Notes: generated from the sequence alone by a model not told the origin. Positions 27,741 to 37,583 are shown, numbered from the stretch's first letter. The stretch: 64,000 bases of DNA from Candidatus Hadarchaeum sp. (GCF_038871235.1 NZ_JAVZIN010000001.1:71926-135925), one strand, 5' to 3'. A program made the numbers and translations.

Positions 27741-29030
27741 TCACTTCGGTCTGGTGTATCCCCAGGTTTCCAGAGCCCGCCTTAGCTCCTGGTGCGTCTT
27801 GGCATACTCGCTCAATGGGATCCCATCCATGGTGGCCTCAATCGCCTGCCGGAGCGCCCTAGCTCCAGCACGGCCACCATCAGGATGGCCCCAAATGCCG
27901 CCTCCGATCTGGATGAGGATGTCGTGACTCAAAAGCCTCATAACCTGTGGGACAAGGCCCGGATGAAGTCCACCGGAGCTGACTGGAAAGATCGGCCTGA
28001 GCCCGCACCAGTCCTGTGGCAAGAATCCATCAGATTCTTTTACCCGATCGCTGGTGATTGTTTCTTTGAGCGCGAGCACCTCTTCCTTGGGTGACTCCAG
28101 CTTACCCACCACTGTACCTACATGAAGCTGGTCAACGCCCTGCAACCTAGCTATCTTGGCGACCACGCGCATAGACATGCCGTGTTTCGGGTTCCTCGTG
28201 AAGGCCGCGTGGAAGGCCCTGTGGGCGTGGATGGCTAGGCCTAGCCGCTCACACTCCTCTCGCAACGTCTGCACCGCCGCCCAGCCGACTGTGAGGATAT
28301 CAACCATCACGTATTCGCCGCCGAGGCTCTTCACCATCCTAGCGCGCCTCAGCATTTCCCGGGTCTCGGCAGTAACGTTAATGAGATAGCTCTTTCTTTC
28401 ACCGGTTTCCTTCTCTGCCTTATTCCTCATCTTGAAAGAAAGCCTAGCCCTCCTTTCAAACTGGTTGAAGGTCTGGCTGGAGAGATTCTCATCGTCCTTC
28501 AACAAGTCCAACCCGCCCGACCAAGCCTCGTAACCAGCCTCGGCGTGCTCCTCGCTACTCATTCCAACCTTGGGCTTGGGCACCGAAACCGTCAGCGGTC
28601 TATCCTTAACTCCAAAGATACTTCTGATTCCTGAAATGCCGAACTGCGGCCCGGGAAATGATTTCACCAACGATGGCGGAAAACTGACGTCCTCCAGCCT
28701 GAGGTTTTTGATGGCCTTCATACCAAAGATGTTGCCCGCGATGGAGCTGAGCACCTGCGGCATGTTACCTAGTTCGAAAAGCTCAGAGGGGTAGGCGACC
28801 TTGACCCAAGGCTTGTTGATGTCGAAGGCCTTGGCCATAAGCCTCCTCCTCTCAGGAGTCATCGTCGTCAGCTTGGTCCAGGTCCCTATCGAGCTCTCAG
28901 AAGCCACCCTGCCCACTGCCTCAGGCATGCTGATGCCTTTAGCCGGCTCGACTCTAAAGAGGGCGACGAGCTCATCGCCAGAGGGCCGGTAGTCGAGGTC
29001 AACAAAGTCCAGATACCACTCGGTGCTCAT
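27741..29030 (-). CDS. rbcL: ribulose-1,5-bisphosphate carboxylase/oxygenase large subunit, archaeal type III
   Basis: 429 aa collinear with T. kodakarensis RbcL. Active-site 'GGLDLLKDDEN' and C-terminal 'GGGIWGHPDGGRAGARALRQA' are present. Confidence 0.9.
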   Translation of the reverse strand: MSTEWYLDFVDLDYRPSGDELVALFRVEPAKGISMPEAVGRVASESSIGTWTKLTTMTPERRRLMAKAFDINKPWVKVAYPSELFELGNMPQVLSSIAGNIFGMKAIKNLRLEDVSFPPSLVKSFPGPQFGISGIRSIFGVKDRPLTVSVPKPKVGMSSEEHAEAGYEAWSGGLDLLKDDENLSSQTFNQFERRARLSFKMRNKAEKETGERKSYLINVTAETREMLRRARMVKSLGGEYVMVDILTVGWAAVQTLREECERLGLAIHAHRAFHAAFTRNPKHGMSMRVVAKIARLQGVDQLHVGTVVGKLESPKEEVLALKETITSDRVKESDGFLPQDWCGLRPIFPVSSGGLHPGLVPQVMRLLSHDILIQIGGGIWGHPDGGRAGARALRQAIEATMDGIPLSEYAKTHQELRRALETWGYTRPK

Positions 29031-29069
29031 GTGTTTAAATTGATCCTTTGCGGCTAAAAAGCTGTTTGA

Positions 29070-29264
29070 CTACTTCTTGAACTTGGCGATTTCTTCGGTG
29101 AAATCGACGCTAGTGATAACCGCCGTCCTGCAGCAATAGCGCTTCAACCCTAAGTCATCCAACACTCGGGCGGGTTCCTCGCCCTTCTTGACCCGCTCCT
29201 CGAAAATGTCGTATTTATCGGCGAGGAGCTTGCCGCAGGTGAAACAGCGCACAGGTCTCATCAC
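29070..29264 (-). CDS. rpoN: DNA-directed RNA polymerase subunit N (Rpb10)
   Basis: 64 aa 'MMRPVRCFTCGK...RYCCR' zinc-bundle. Confidence 0.8.
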   Translation of the reverse strand: MMRPVRCFTCGKLLADKYDIFEERVKKGEEPARVLDDLGLKRYCCRTAVITSVDFTEEIAKFKK

Positions 29265-29270
29265 AACACC

Positions 29271-29672
29271 TCAACGATAGCTCTTCTGGAACTTGGCCCT
29301 AGCCCCCGGGCCTCCCGGCTTCTTCGTCTCCTTGAACCTAACATCGCTCTTGATCAGTGTCCAGTCATGGCGCCTGAATAACTCGCGAATTTTGGGATCC
29401 TTGGACCACTCAAAAAGCCCCCGGGCAATCGCCGTGCGGGCGGCCTCGGCCTGTCCCATGAACCCACCACCCTTCACCTCAATTTTTATGTCCACAGTCT
29501 TGGCGAGTTCCGGAACCAGCTGCAGCGGCTCCATGATCTTCAGGCGGGCCAGCTCCGGCTCATAGGCCTCTAGTGCCCGATTGTTCACAATAACTTTTCC
29601 CTTACCAGGTGTGATCTTCACCTTAGCCAGCGACGCCTTCCTTCTCCCGATGGCAATAACCGGCTTCATCAA
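29271..29672 (-). CDS. rps9: 30S ribosomal protein S9
   Basis: 133 aa with the S9 C-terminus '...GGPGARAKFQKSYR'. Confidence 0.85.
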   Translation of the reverse strand: MMKPVIAIGRRKASLAKVKITPGKGKVIVNNRALEAYEPELARLKIMEPLQLVPELAKTVDIKIEVKGGGFMGQAEAARTAIARGLFEWSKDPKIRELFRRHDWTLIKSDVRFKETKKPGGPGARAKFQKSYR

Positions 29673-30097
29673 AACCTACCGCCCAACAACTTGCTCAGCT
29701 CGCCAACCCTTATAAAGCGTCTGGTACCGAGGTCCGCCAAACTGGCTCGCGGCACCTTAGCGGTCTCCTTCCCGGTGAACTCCTCCGGCACCCCAACAAA
29801 AACACGAAGGCGACGAAAGGCTTCCCTGCCTTTGGGCTTATCGTACGGTAACATGCCCCTGACTGCGCGTCTTACGATGTCCTCAGGTCGTTTGGGGTGT
29901 TGAGGTCCTTTTCTTGGGTTGGCGACGTTCCTCGTTTCCAGCCACGCCCGGTAGGACTCCAGAGTAGCGTCTTTCCTTCCTGAGATAACCACCTGTTCCG
30001 CGTTCAGCACGACGACCTTCTCACCCTCCAGCAACCTCTTGGCTGCGAAACTCGCCAGCCTGCCCAGAACCAAGTCCTTTCCGTCAACGATAATCAT
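29669..30097 (-). CDS. rpl13: 50S ribosomal protein L13
   Basis: 142 aa with 'MIIVDGKDLVLGRLAS' L13 N-terminus. Confidence 0.85.
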   Translation of the reverse strand: MIIVDGKDLVLGRLASFAAKRLLEGEKVVVLNAEQVVISGRKDATLESYRAWLETRNVANPRKGPQHPKRPEDIVRRAVRGMLPYDKPKGREAFRRLRVFVGVPEEFTGKETAKVPRASLADLGTRRFIRVGELSKLLGGRF

Positions 30098-30101
30098 GAT
30101 A

Positions 30102-30467
30102 TCACTCCATCAACTTCACACCTTTGCCCACCGGGTTCTGCTCCAGCAGCTGTTGCAGGGTCATGGGGGTGCCACCTGCCGCCAAGATCTTGCGCTTCGC
30201 CGGGGCTGAGAACGCCAGCGCCGCGACCTTGACGGGATGATCCAACCTTCCCGCCGACAAAACCTTGCCAGGAACTGCAACGAAGCTTCCGTTTTCAGTA
30301 TAGCGATTGATCTGGCTGAGGTTGACCTCGGCGCGAGACCTCCGAGGTCGCTCCAATCGCTCGGCCAGATCCAGCCAGATCTTCGCCTTCTGCTTTTTAC
30401 CCTGCTCGCGAAGTAGTCGCAACAGCTTCCTTACTTGGGGGTTGGTCGGTCCCGTGGGCTTAGGCAT
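30102..30467 (-). CDS. rpl18e: 50S ribosomal protein L18e
   Basis: 121 aa. Position in the L18e-L13-S9-RpoN cluster. Confidence 0.7.
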   Translation of the reverse strand: MPKPTGPTNPQVRKLLRLLREQGKKQKAKIWLDLAERLERPRRSRAEVNLSQINRYTENGSFVAVPGKVLSAGRLDHPVKVAALAFSAPAKRKILAAGGTPMTLQQLLEQNPVGKGVKLME

Positions 30468-30585
30468 AGTATCAGCTTCACAAACTTATCCACTCACCCC
30501 AAATAAATGCTACGGTTGAGGACAATAACCTCGAACTCACCTGCCCGCAATCCAGCAGCTGGCCATAGAAAGGAACGACTTTGTA

Positions 30586-30825
30586 TCACTGCTCAGTTTT
30601 CTCGGCTGGGGCACCACCCGTTTCCGCAGGGCTGGGCTCAACCGGTCTTCTCTTCTCCAGCTCACCGGCTAGATTCAGGGCACCGACGACGATCAGGTAA
30701 ATACCCACCAGCCAGGAGATCAGCGCGGGAAAGGCGATGATCAGGGCACCGAAGATTATCATCAAAATCGCTGCCGCCATCCCGTGGATGCCAACTTTTT
30801 TAAGAAGCTTTTCCGGCGTTTCCAT
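30586..30825 (-). CDS. small membrane protein (two TM helices)
   Basis: 79 aa with two hydrophobic helices. Confidence 0.3.
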   Translation of the reverse strand: METPEKLLKKVGIHGMAAAILMIIFGALIIAFPALISWLVGIYLIVVGALNLAGELEKRRPVEPSPAETGGAPAEKTEQ

Positions 30826-30896
30826 CTCCCTTCACCTCCGATATTTTTCTCTTTCTCTCCTGCAAAAAAGCTTCTGGTCTTCTCCGATGACCAAAC

Positions 30897-30984
30897 TGGT
30901 GCAGGGGGTGGGATTTGAACCCACGAAGGCCTTAGCCACAGGGTTCTAAGCCCTGCTCCTTAGACCTAGCTCGGATACCCCTGC
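30897..30984 (-). tRNA. tRNA-Leu (UAG), class II
   Basis: RNA GCAGGGGUAUCCGAGCUAGGUCUAAGGAGCAGGGCUUAGAACCCUGUGGCUAAGGCCUUCGUGGGUUCAAAUCCCACCCCCUGCACCA. Confidence 0.75.
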
Positions 30985-31032
30985 CCGTGAGAATCTATTC
31001 CTCACTGAATTAAACTTATTTTGTTGAGCTGA

Positions 31033-31236
31033 TTATCTCCAATAATCGCGCTGGGCCATCCTCTCATAGCGTGACTGCTTTTTGCCCTCCTTGTAGCAGC
31101 TCCGGCAGTAGCTCTTTCCCAAGGTTTTCTTGGCGCACTGGCGATGCATCTCAGCACCGCATCGGGCGCACTTCACCGTGGCTTTTTCCAGCGGTTTTCC
31201 GCAAACAGCGCAGCTGGGCATGACTTCACCAACCAA
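31033..31236 (-). CDS. zinc-ribbon small protein
   Basis: 67 aa with CxxC...CxxC...CxxC. Confidence 0.35.
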   Translation of the reverse strand: MVGEVMPSCAVCGKPLEKATVKCARCGAEMHRQCAKKTLGKSYCRSCYKEGKKQSRYERMAQRDYWR

Positions 31237-31275
31237 AACGGCAGGTCCCGCCCATATAAATCATGGGTCTAAGAT

Positions 31276-31575
31276 TTACCTGATGGGAATTCTCTTGGTC
31301 TTTATCGGCTTCAGCAGCGGGGCAACTATCTCCAGCAGCCCCTCGACATCGTAGTACTTGGTCTTGACTTTGTTCGGGTCAACGGGGACATCAAGGGAAC
31401 GGCAGGTGGCGAAGACGAGATCATCCCTCTGAGCCTTGATACAGAATCCATTCTTGGAAAAGTTCAGCTCGATGTTCTCCTTTTTCACCTGTGGCAACCT
31501 GACGTGGATTTCGTATTTTTTTCCCGAATGGTAGTGTGCGCAGACCTCGGGAGCAACCAAAGGTCGTTTTACCAA
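31276..31575 (-). CDS. Hsp20/alpha-crystallin family small heat-shock protein
   Basis: 99 aa with an ACD-like beta segment ('YEIHVRLPQVKKENIELNF...'). Confidence 0.5.
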   Translation of the reverse strand: MVKRPLVAPEVCAHYHSGKKYEIHVRLPQVKKENIELNFSKNGFCIKAQRDDLVFATCRSLDVPVDPNKVKTKYYDVEGLLEIVAPLLKPIKTKRIPIR

Positions 31576-31638
31576 CTATTCACCTATAAACAATCCGAGT
31601 CGATGTTTTTATCTTTTTTTGCCCATCGCAAGGAGCGG

Positions 31639-32868
31639 CTACGAGAGCGGCGGCCTAGTGCCCAGCTCAACGGAGACATTAATGGTGGTGTTGCTCCTGA
31701 CTACCGTGAATTTAACCACCTGCCCCGGGGTGGTGTTTTCCTCAAGGTAGCTCATCAGATCATCAAGGGTAATTATGCGGTGCCCGTCGACGGCTATCAG
31801 GATGTCGCCCCCGATAGTCACCACAGCACCAGTTGAAGTCAAGTACTGCTTGGTGCCACCGCGCAGGCCCGCCTTATCAGCAGGGCCTCCAGGGACTACC
31901 GAGACGACCAGCCAACCGTAGGTCACGTCGGTGTTCATGGCTCGGGCAATCTCGTAGTCCATGTCGCGCCCCAAAATGCCAAGCCAGGGATGTTTGTTGT
32001 AGGTGCCTGTTTTTACCAGCGCCTCTATCTCGCGCAGAATTGTGTTTGAGGGAACGGCGAAACCCAAGCCCTGGGAATCGGCGACAATCGCGGTGGTGAT
32101 TCCAACTACCTGACCAAGAACGTTCAGCAGCGGCCCGCCTGAATTGCCGGGATTTATTGGTGCGCTGGTCTGGATGATGTTCGCGATTGAGTAGTTTCCA
32201 ATGGTTGACTCCTGTATTGTGCGACCGAGCTGGCTCACTATCCCCACCGTCATCGAGCCGGTGAGGCCGTAGGGGTTGCCCACCGCCACCACCGTATCAC
32301 CGACCTTCAACGTGGACGAGCTGACGATCTCCAGCGTCTTGATTTCATGGCTGGGGACGCTGAGGGAAAGCACGGCGAGGTCTGCATATGGATCCGAGCC
32401 GAGCAGCGTGGCGGGATAGGCGTTGCCGTTTCTGAGCGTCACCACTATCTCGCTGGCACCGCTGACCACGTGGTAGTTGGTCACTATCACTGGCTGGCCC
32501 TCAAAATTATACCAGAAACCAGAGCCCTGAGCCACCCTACCAGAAAGTGTGGAGCGAATCACGACGACGGCGTCCTTGACCTTTTCATATAAGTCAGGGA
32601 GAGAAAAATTCTCCTGCACCACGTGAATGACATTTTCCCTCGCCAGCCCAGAGATCTGGTCGCTGATTGACGAAATTTTGTTTTCCAGCGCTAAGAGCTG
32701 CTCCTCAAGTGAAGACACCTGGCCTTGGAGGTTTTTAACCTCCTGCCAGGTTATCATGTAACCGGCCACTGCACCGGCAAAAATGCCGACCGCCAGCACC
32801 AAAACGACCAACCCAACCAGCAGCCGGCCTGAGTAGCGGCCTCGGCGTCTCGGCAAACCATTCACCAA
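31639..32868 (-). CDS. htrA: HtrA/DegP-family serine protease with PDZ domain
   Basis: 409 aa with an N-terminal TM, a trypsin-like 'GNSGGPL' and a C-terminal PDZ. Confidence 0.8.
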   Translation of the reverse strand: MVNGLPRRRGRYSGRLLVGLVVLVLAVGIFAGAVAGYMITWQEVKNLQGQVSSLEEQLLALENKISSISDQISGLARENVIHVVQENFSLPDLYEKVKDAVVVIRSTLSGRVAQGSGFWYNFEGQPVIVTNYHVVSGASEIVVTLRNGNAYPATLLGSDPYADLAVLSLSVPSHEIKTLEIVSSSTLKVGDTVVAVGNPYGLTGSMTVGIVSQLGRTIQESTIGNYSIANIIQTSAPINPGNSGGPLLNVLGQVVGITTAIVADSQGLGFAVPSNTILREIEALVKTGTYNKHPWLGILGRDMDYEIARAMNTDVTYGWLVVSVVPGGPADKAGLRGGTKQYLTSTGAVVTIGGDILIAVDGHRIITLDDLMSYLEENTTPGQVVKFTVVRSNTTINVSVELGTRPPLS

Positions 32869-32926
32869 AACCCAATTTCGCTGCGATTTGTTTTAACCCT
32901 TATCATCTAGCGATCGTGGGTTGTTT

Positions 32927-33754
32927 TTACCTCATGAGCATGGCGCCGTTTGCTACCCATGCCGCCCAGAGAACCGCGATCAAAATGGCTAGGGCCAGAA
33001 GATAAATTGCGATTAAAACGGCCTTTCTCTTCCAGCCCGTGGATAAAAGTCCACCGAAGAATCTCCTCAGTCGATGTGGAACGAATGGAAGTAGAAAGGG
33101 AACCCGCCGTTGATATTCCAAGTACGCCTGGCCAAACTTTTCCTTGAGCCTCCCCTCCTCATCCTCGGCTAAGATTGCGTGGAGGAAGACTAGGTTGGCC
33201 CAAGCAATGAAATCAATTGGCCTCAGGCCGTAAAGCACAAAGCCAAGGGCCAAGATGTTGACGCCCAGATATTGCGGATGTCTGACCAGCGAATACAGTC
33301 CAGCTGTCACCAGCCCGCCACCGCGAATTTTTGACCTGATGATTTGAACAAGACCGACCACAAAAATTGCCAAGCCTAACACGGTGAGGATTGGGGCGAT
33401 AAGTTGGAACAGTTGCGGATCTGATGTTCGTCCTCTCACCAGCCAAGCGGTGGCCTCAGAGGAGAGCAGCGGGGCCCAGATTCCGTAGATGAGAGCAACC
33501 AGTCCACCGTAGATCAACGCCATGCCTACCGAGACCTGAAAGAGCGCTAGCAGGACTGGGGCGTAAAACGCCCACACCGCTCCGGCTCCGGCCCAGCTCA
33601 AAATTCGACGCTTCCATAGAACTCCTAACAAACCGATGGCGAGAAGCGCTACGACTAACAGTGCCGGAAGCAGCTGCGGAACGCTGCCCATGATCCAGAA
33701 GACAGAAAAGAGCGTCAGGAGGATGATAACAGTTTGTGCAAGCGTTTTTCTCAT
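32927..33754 (-). CDS. membrane methyltransferase of isoprenylcysteine carboxyl methyltransferase (ICMT/PEMT) family
   Basis: 275 aa. The C-terminus 'LVRHPQYLGVNIL...FLHAILAEDEEGRLKEKFGQAYLEYQRRVP' matches the ICMT signature. Confidence 0.55.
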   Translation of the reverse strand: MRKTLAQTVIILLTLFSVFWIMGSVPQLLPALLVVALLAIGLLGVLWKRRILSWAGAGAVWAFYAPVLLALFQVSVGMALIYGGLVALIYGIWAPLLSSEATAWLVRGRTSDPQLFQLIAPILTVLGLAIFVVGLVQIIRSKIRGGGLVTAGLYSLVRHPQYLGVNILALGFVLYGLRPIDFIAWANLVFLHAILAEDEEGRLKEKFGQAYLEYQRRVPFLLPFVPHRLRRFFGGLLSTGWKRKAVLIAIYLLALAILIAVLWAAWVANGAMLMR

Positions 33755-33869
33755 CTCAGACAGCCAATTAACTGACGTGGTTGAATAAATAAATTACATC
33801 ATTCGTAAAAACCGAAGCTGAAATTCTCAACTAGAAAAACCAATTTAAATATTATTCAAAAATATCAGA

Positions 33870-35366
33870 TTGAGTGCTCTTGGTGGATGTATGAACAAGG
33901 TGATGTTCACCATCATGATCCTGCTGATATTAGGAGCGTTAGGCACCAGTGTTTACTTATTTTTTATGAATCCGAGACAACTGACTCAAACGATATCCAC
34001 AACAACCACCTTGACATCCCTCCCGCCAGAGTTGCCACCATCTAACACGCCGACCACAACTGGAACCATAAAGCTGGAAGTGCCTGTTTATCCCGGCGCA
34101 AACGAATTTCTGATACCAGATTGGATGAAACTCAGACTGGGGATTCCTTCAGATGCCAGCCCTGAAGGATACACCACAAGCGCAGATGCTGAAGAAGTAG
34201 TGGACTGGTACCTCCAGCACATGGGCGAATGGGAATTGGTAAAGGAGAACAGCTTTTTCCCTGACACCAAAACTGCCGTGTATCTGCAGTACTACAGATC
34301 TGGTGACAGCGGTGTATTCATCTTTGCGGTAATGACCACTGAAATGGAAGGCACGATATTTGGCATCGTCACTGGGTCCTGGGCGGCTGTTCTGGGGTAT
34401 GGTCCAGCCGCAGAAGAGCAGGCCGAAGAGGAAAAAGTATTTGGCTTTGATCCCGCTCTTCCTCCGGGAGAACTTGAATTTACCTTTTCGCCCGTGGAAA
34501 TCGACTTAATCAAGTACATCATCCCCTTGGGTAACTTGGTGCCACCAGCCCATACCCTGCCCACGGACCACATCTACTTCGTTTACGGTGGGGCCAAGAG
34601 TGATGTTTTCGCTCCGACCTCGGGAAAGGTTTTAGAGATAAGACCCAGTGGCCCGGACGACAATCAGATCATCATCGGCGTATCCAGCAGCTTTTCCTAC
34701 TATCTGGACCACGTAATAGTGGACGAAAAAATAAAAGTCGGAGACTATGTGGATGCCGGGCAAAGGCTCGGAAACTTGGCACCGCCGACGGCGTTGGACC
34801 TAGGCGTACTCAACAAAGACTTGATAAATCCCTTTGTTAATCCGCAAAGATACAGTAGCAAAGGAATACACGGAGATAAACCTCTCCAGTACTTCGTCGA
34901 GCCAATCAAAACGCAGCTGTACTCGATGGTGGCGACCACCGGGGAGGACAAGAACGGGACCTTCTGCTCCGACGTCCCCGGAAAGCTGATCGGAAACTGG
35001 TTCTACGAAAACATCCCCCCAGAGGTCTTGAACACATCCGAGTTCGAGGAATATGCGATCGCTTTCGTTTATAGTAACTACGATCCATCTCAAGTTATGA
35101 TCTCAATCGGGAGCGAAATGGTCGGTCTGCCTCCTGCGGCTTACAAGGCCGAGGGACCACCTCCTGAAAGCGTTGCTCCTTCTTCAGGAAAGGTTGCATA
35201 CAAACTATACTCGTTCCAGTGTGGATGGCCGTTTAACTACGGTGGAAGAGTGGGAATTCTCATCGTGGAGATGCTCGACGAAAACACCCTCAGGGTTGAA
35301 GCTTTTTCTGATGTGGTTTCGGAGACTAGAGAGTTCACTTCGAACGCGAAAATTTACCTCAGGTAA
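33870..35366 (+). CDS. secreted hypothetical protein with Thr-rich linker
   Basis: 498 aa with a signal/TM N-terminus and a T-rich spacer. Confidence 0.35.
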   Translation: MSALGGCMNKVMFTIMILLILGALGTSVYLFFMNPRQLTQTISTTTTLTSLPPELPPSNTPTTTGTIKLEVPVYPGANEFLIPDWMKLRLGIPSDASPEGYTTSADAEEVVDWYLQHMGEWELVKENSFFPDTKTAVYLQYYRSGDSGVFIFAVMTTEMEGTIFGIVTGSWAAVLGYGPAAEEQAEEEKVFGFDPALPPGELEFTFSPVEIDLIKYIIPLGNLVPPAHTLPTDHIYFVYGGAKSDVFAPTSGKVLEIRPSGPDDNQIIIGVSSSFSYYLDHVIVDEKIKVGDYVDAGQRLGNLAPPTALDLGVLNKDLINPFVNPQRYSSKGIHGDKPLQYFVEPIKTQLYSMVATTGEDKNGTFCSDVPGKLIGNWFYENIPPEVLNTSEFEEYAIAFVYSNYDPSQVMISIGSEMVGLPPAAYKAEGPPPESVAPSSGKVAYKLYSFQCGWPFNYGGRVGILIVEMLDENTLRVEAFSDVVSETREFTSNAKIYLR

Positions 35367-35444
35367 TTTCCGTTCTTGTTATTTCGCCAAAGACCTAGGG
35401 AACCGGATGGCTGGAGATTAACTTAATTGAACATTGGCCAAGTT

Positions 35445-35521
35445 GGTGCCCCGGGCGGGATTTGAACCCGCGTCGCAGCCTCGAAAGGGCTGTATGATTG
35501 ACCGGCCTACACCACCGGGGC
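35445..35521 (-). tRNA. tRNA-Glu (UUC)
   Basis: RNA GCCCCGGUGGUGUAGGCCGGUCAAUCAUACAGCCCUUUCGAGGCUGCGACGCGGGUUCAAAUCCCGCCCGGGGCACCA. Confidence 0.75.
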
Positions 35522-35568
35522 CCACTATCTTTTACGCTTCAGATTATTAAACCCGATTTCATCAAAAG

Positions 35569-36273
35569 CTATTTCTCCATGATCCTGAACTCAACATCAC
35601 CCTTGAGCTGGCTGACCATCCCGCCACCCTGCGAGATCTTCCTCATCACGCTCGCGGGATCTTTCACCCTGACGCCGGCGAGCACATCCGCCCCGTAGTC
35701 AAAGAGAACCTCGGACATTGGCGTGGATGGTCCCATGATCACGGTGAACTTGCCCCGGCTCAGCTCCAGCAGCCTCTCCAGTGACTTGTTTATGATCGCC
35801 GACCCAGTGATGGCGACGATATCGGCTCTCGGTATCAGGTACTCCGCCGCGGTATCGGGGAGGTCCCCGGGTTGCGGGTTTCTCTCCAGCACCCAGACCT
35901 CCTTGGCCACCCTCTGCAAATCTTTGATATCGGGAAAGTGCCCCACCATCACTATCCTCTTGTTCCTGCCTACCTCCCTGATGATGTCAAAGGCGTTCTT
36001 CCTCTTCCCTCTGACATCGATCAGCGAGTTCAGGGTGGCGATGCCGATGCCCGCCTCAAGGAAGTTCCAAGATTTAGCGTAGGACAGTAGCTTAGAGCAC
36101 CCCAGCTTTTCCAGATTGCCGAAGCCCTCCGGAGCCGGGGTGTAAGGCCCACCGTAATTCTTCGCCAGCCCGCAGTGTTTGGTCACGACACCGATCCAGA
36201 GGTAACCGACGCGGACCTCCCTGACCTTACACTCCTTGTCCGGCAGGCTGGCGATCAGATCATCGATGAGCAT
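35569..36273 (-). CDS. DUF364-like (putative metal-chelate binding Rossmann) protein
   Basis: 234 aa. Overlaps the upstream NTPase gene by 14 nt. Confidence 0.45.
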   Translation of the reverse strand: MLIDDLIASLPDKECKVREVRVGYLWIGVVTKHCGLAKNYGGPYTPAPEGFGNLEKLGCSKLLSYAKSWNFLEAGIGIATLNSLIDVRGKRKNAFDIIREVGRNKRIVMVGHFPDIKDLQRVAKEVWVLERNPQPGDLPDTAAEYLIPRADIVAITGSAIINKSLERLLELSRGKFTVIMGPSTPMSEVLFDYGADVLAGVRVKDPASVMRKISQGGGMVSQLKGDVEFRIMEK

Positions 36274-36790
36274 CCACGTCCACCTGAAATTTTCCCATCA
36301 AATCAACGAGCAAACGGGGCAGCTCCTCCCGGTTCTCCTCTGTGACCTCAACAACCTTGAAGTCGATGCCGTCCAGCTCACGTAGCAGCCTGTCCTTAAG
36401 AGTGTCTTGGACTACGAGGATGACATTATCATGCTGTTTGAAGGTCTCCAGTGCATTATCGAAGCCCCTTCCCATCAGCTCCAGCTTGCCGAACTCGTCA
36501 ATTATCATCAGATCGCCTTTCTTTCCCAGCGCCCTCTTACCAAAATCGATTCCTTCCGGACTGAAGACAAAGTGACAGTGTGGTATCCCTCCCGGAATCT
36601 CGCGGGAACCGGTCACGGCGGCAAGAAGCTTTTTATCACCGCTGGCGATGTCCTCGACCACGAGTTCATCACCCTGCTGTGAAGTTATCGTGCCAGCACA
36701 GATGAGCCTCATCTCAGCAGCGATCTCGATGATCTTCCGGCAAATCGTTGTCTTGCCAACTCCCTTCTCTCCAGCTAAGATAACCCTCAC
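36260..36790 (-). CDS. P-loop NTPase, THEP1-like
   Basis: Walker A 'GEKGVGKTT', Walker B 'IIDEFGKLE'. Confidence 0.5.
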   Translation of the reverse strand: MRVILAGEKGVGKTTICRKIIEIAAEMRLICAGTITSQQGDELVVEDIASGDKKLLAAVTGSREIPGGIPHCHFVFSPEGIDFGKRALGKKGDLMIIDEFGKLELMGRGFDNALETFKQHDNVILVVQDTLKDRLLRELDGIDFKVVEVTEENREELPRLLVDLMGKFQVDVDAHR

Positions 36791-36794
36791 CGTC

Positions 36795-37583
36795 TCACCC
36801 TGCGAAGTTCTCCGGGGCCAGCTCCGCTATCGGTCGCTTCTCCACCTTTCTAAACACCAGTTTCATGCCATATATCCCTTTCAAGACCCGTTCCGTCAGC
36901 ACCTTGATCGGGTCTCCCTGAGCGATTATCCTGCCCCCGTTCAGTATCTTGACCTCATCCGCCACTAGTGAGGCCTCATTGACATCGTGGGTGGAGAAGA
37001 TCACCGTCTTTCCTGCCTTCGCCGCCTTTCTGATCGCCTGAAGCACTCGAGCCTTATTCCTAAGATCTAGGTGTACTGTGGGCTCATCGAGGATTAGCAC
37101 CTGAGTTTGCTGAACTAGGGCCCGAGCGATGAAGATTAACCTCTTCTCGCCGCCGCTCAGGTCGGTCGTCTTTCGGCAGCTAAGTTCCGAAATTCCCAGC
37201 TCAGCAAGGGTGCGCCTGAGTATCCGCTCGTCCTCACCCGTCGGCACGTCGAAGAAGCCGAGGTGCGGTGCCCGGCCCAGCATGAGATATTCGTGCACCG
37301 TGTAGGGAAACAGCGGCTCCTCCTCCTGTGGCACCCAGGCCACGATTTTGCTCAGCTCAGACAAACTCAACTGGTTTAGCTCTCTTCCGTTGAGATGGAT
37401 GCTGCCCGCGGTCGGGGTCAGCACCTTGAGGATTAACTTGAAAAGCGTTGTCTTTCCGGAGGCGTTGGGTCCGAGCAAAGCGGTGACTCTGCCTCCAGAG
37501 AAGACCGTAGAAACTCCTCTCAGAACATCCTCGCTTTGTCCCGAATATCGGAACCTCACTCCCTTGGTCTCTATCTTTGTCAT
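36795..37583 (-). CDS. ABC transporter ATP-binding protein (FepC/BtuD type)
   Basis: Walker A 'GPNASGKTT', signature 'LSGGEKRL', Walker B 'ILDEP'. Confidence 0.8.
   Translation of the reverse strand: MTKIETKGVRFRYSGQSEDVLRGVSTVFSGGRVTALLGPNASGKTTLFKLILKVLTPTAGSIHLNGRELNQLSLSELSKIVAWVPQEEEPLFPYTVHEYLMLGRAPHLGFFDVPTGEDERILRRTLAELGISELSCRKTTDLSGGEKRLIFIARALVQQTQVLILDEPTVHLDLRNKARVLQAIRKAAKAGKTVIFSTHDVNEASLVADEVKILNGGRIIAQGDPIKVLTERVLKGIYGMKLVFRKVEKRPIAELAPENFAG

Noticed and set aside
27724-27744. GTG start at 27744 overlapping the RuBisCO stop (called by the ORF track) for the HprK-like gene.
   Set aside because: An in-frame ATG at 27723 with a strong Shine-Dalgarno (GGAGAGGGAG) 4 nt upstream is more plausible. 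Operon linkage holds either way.
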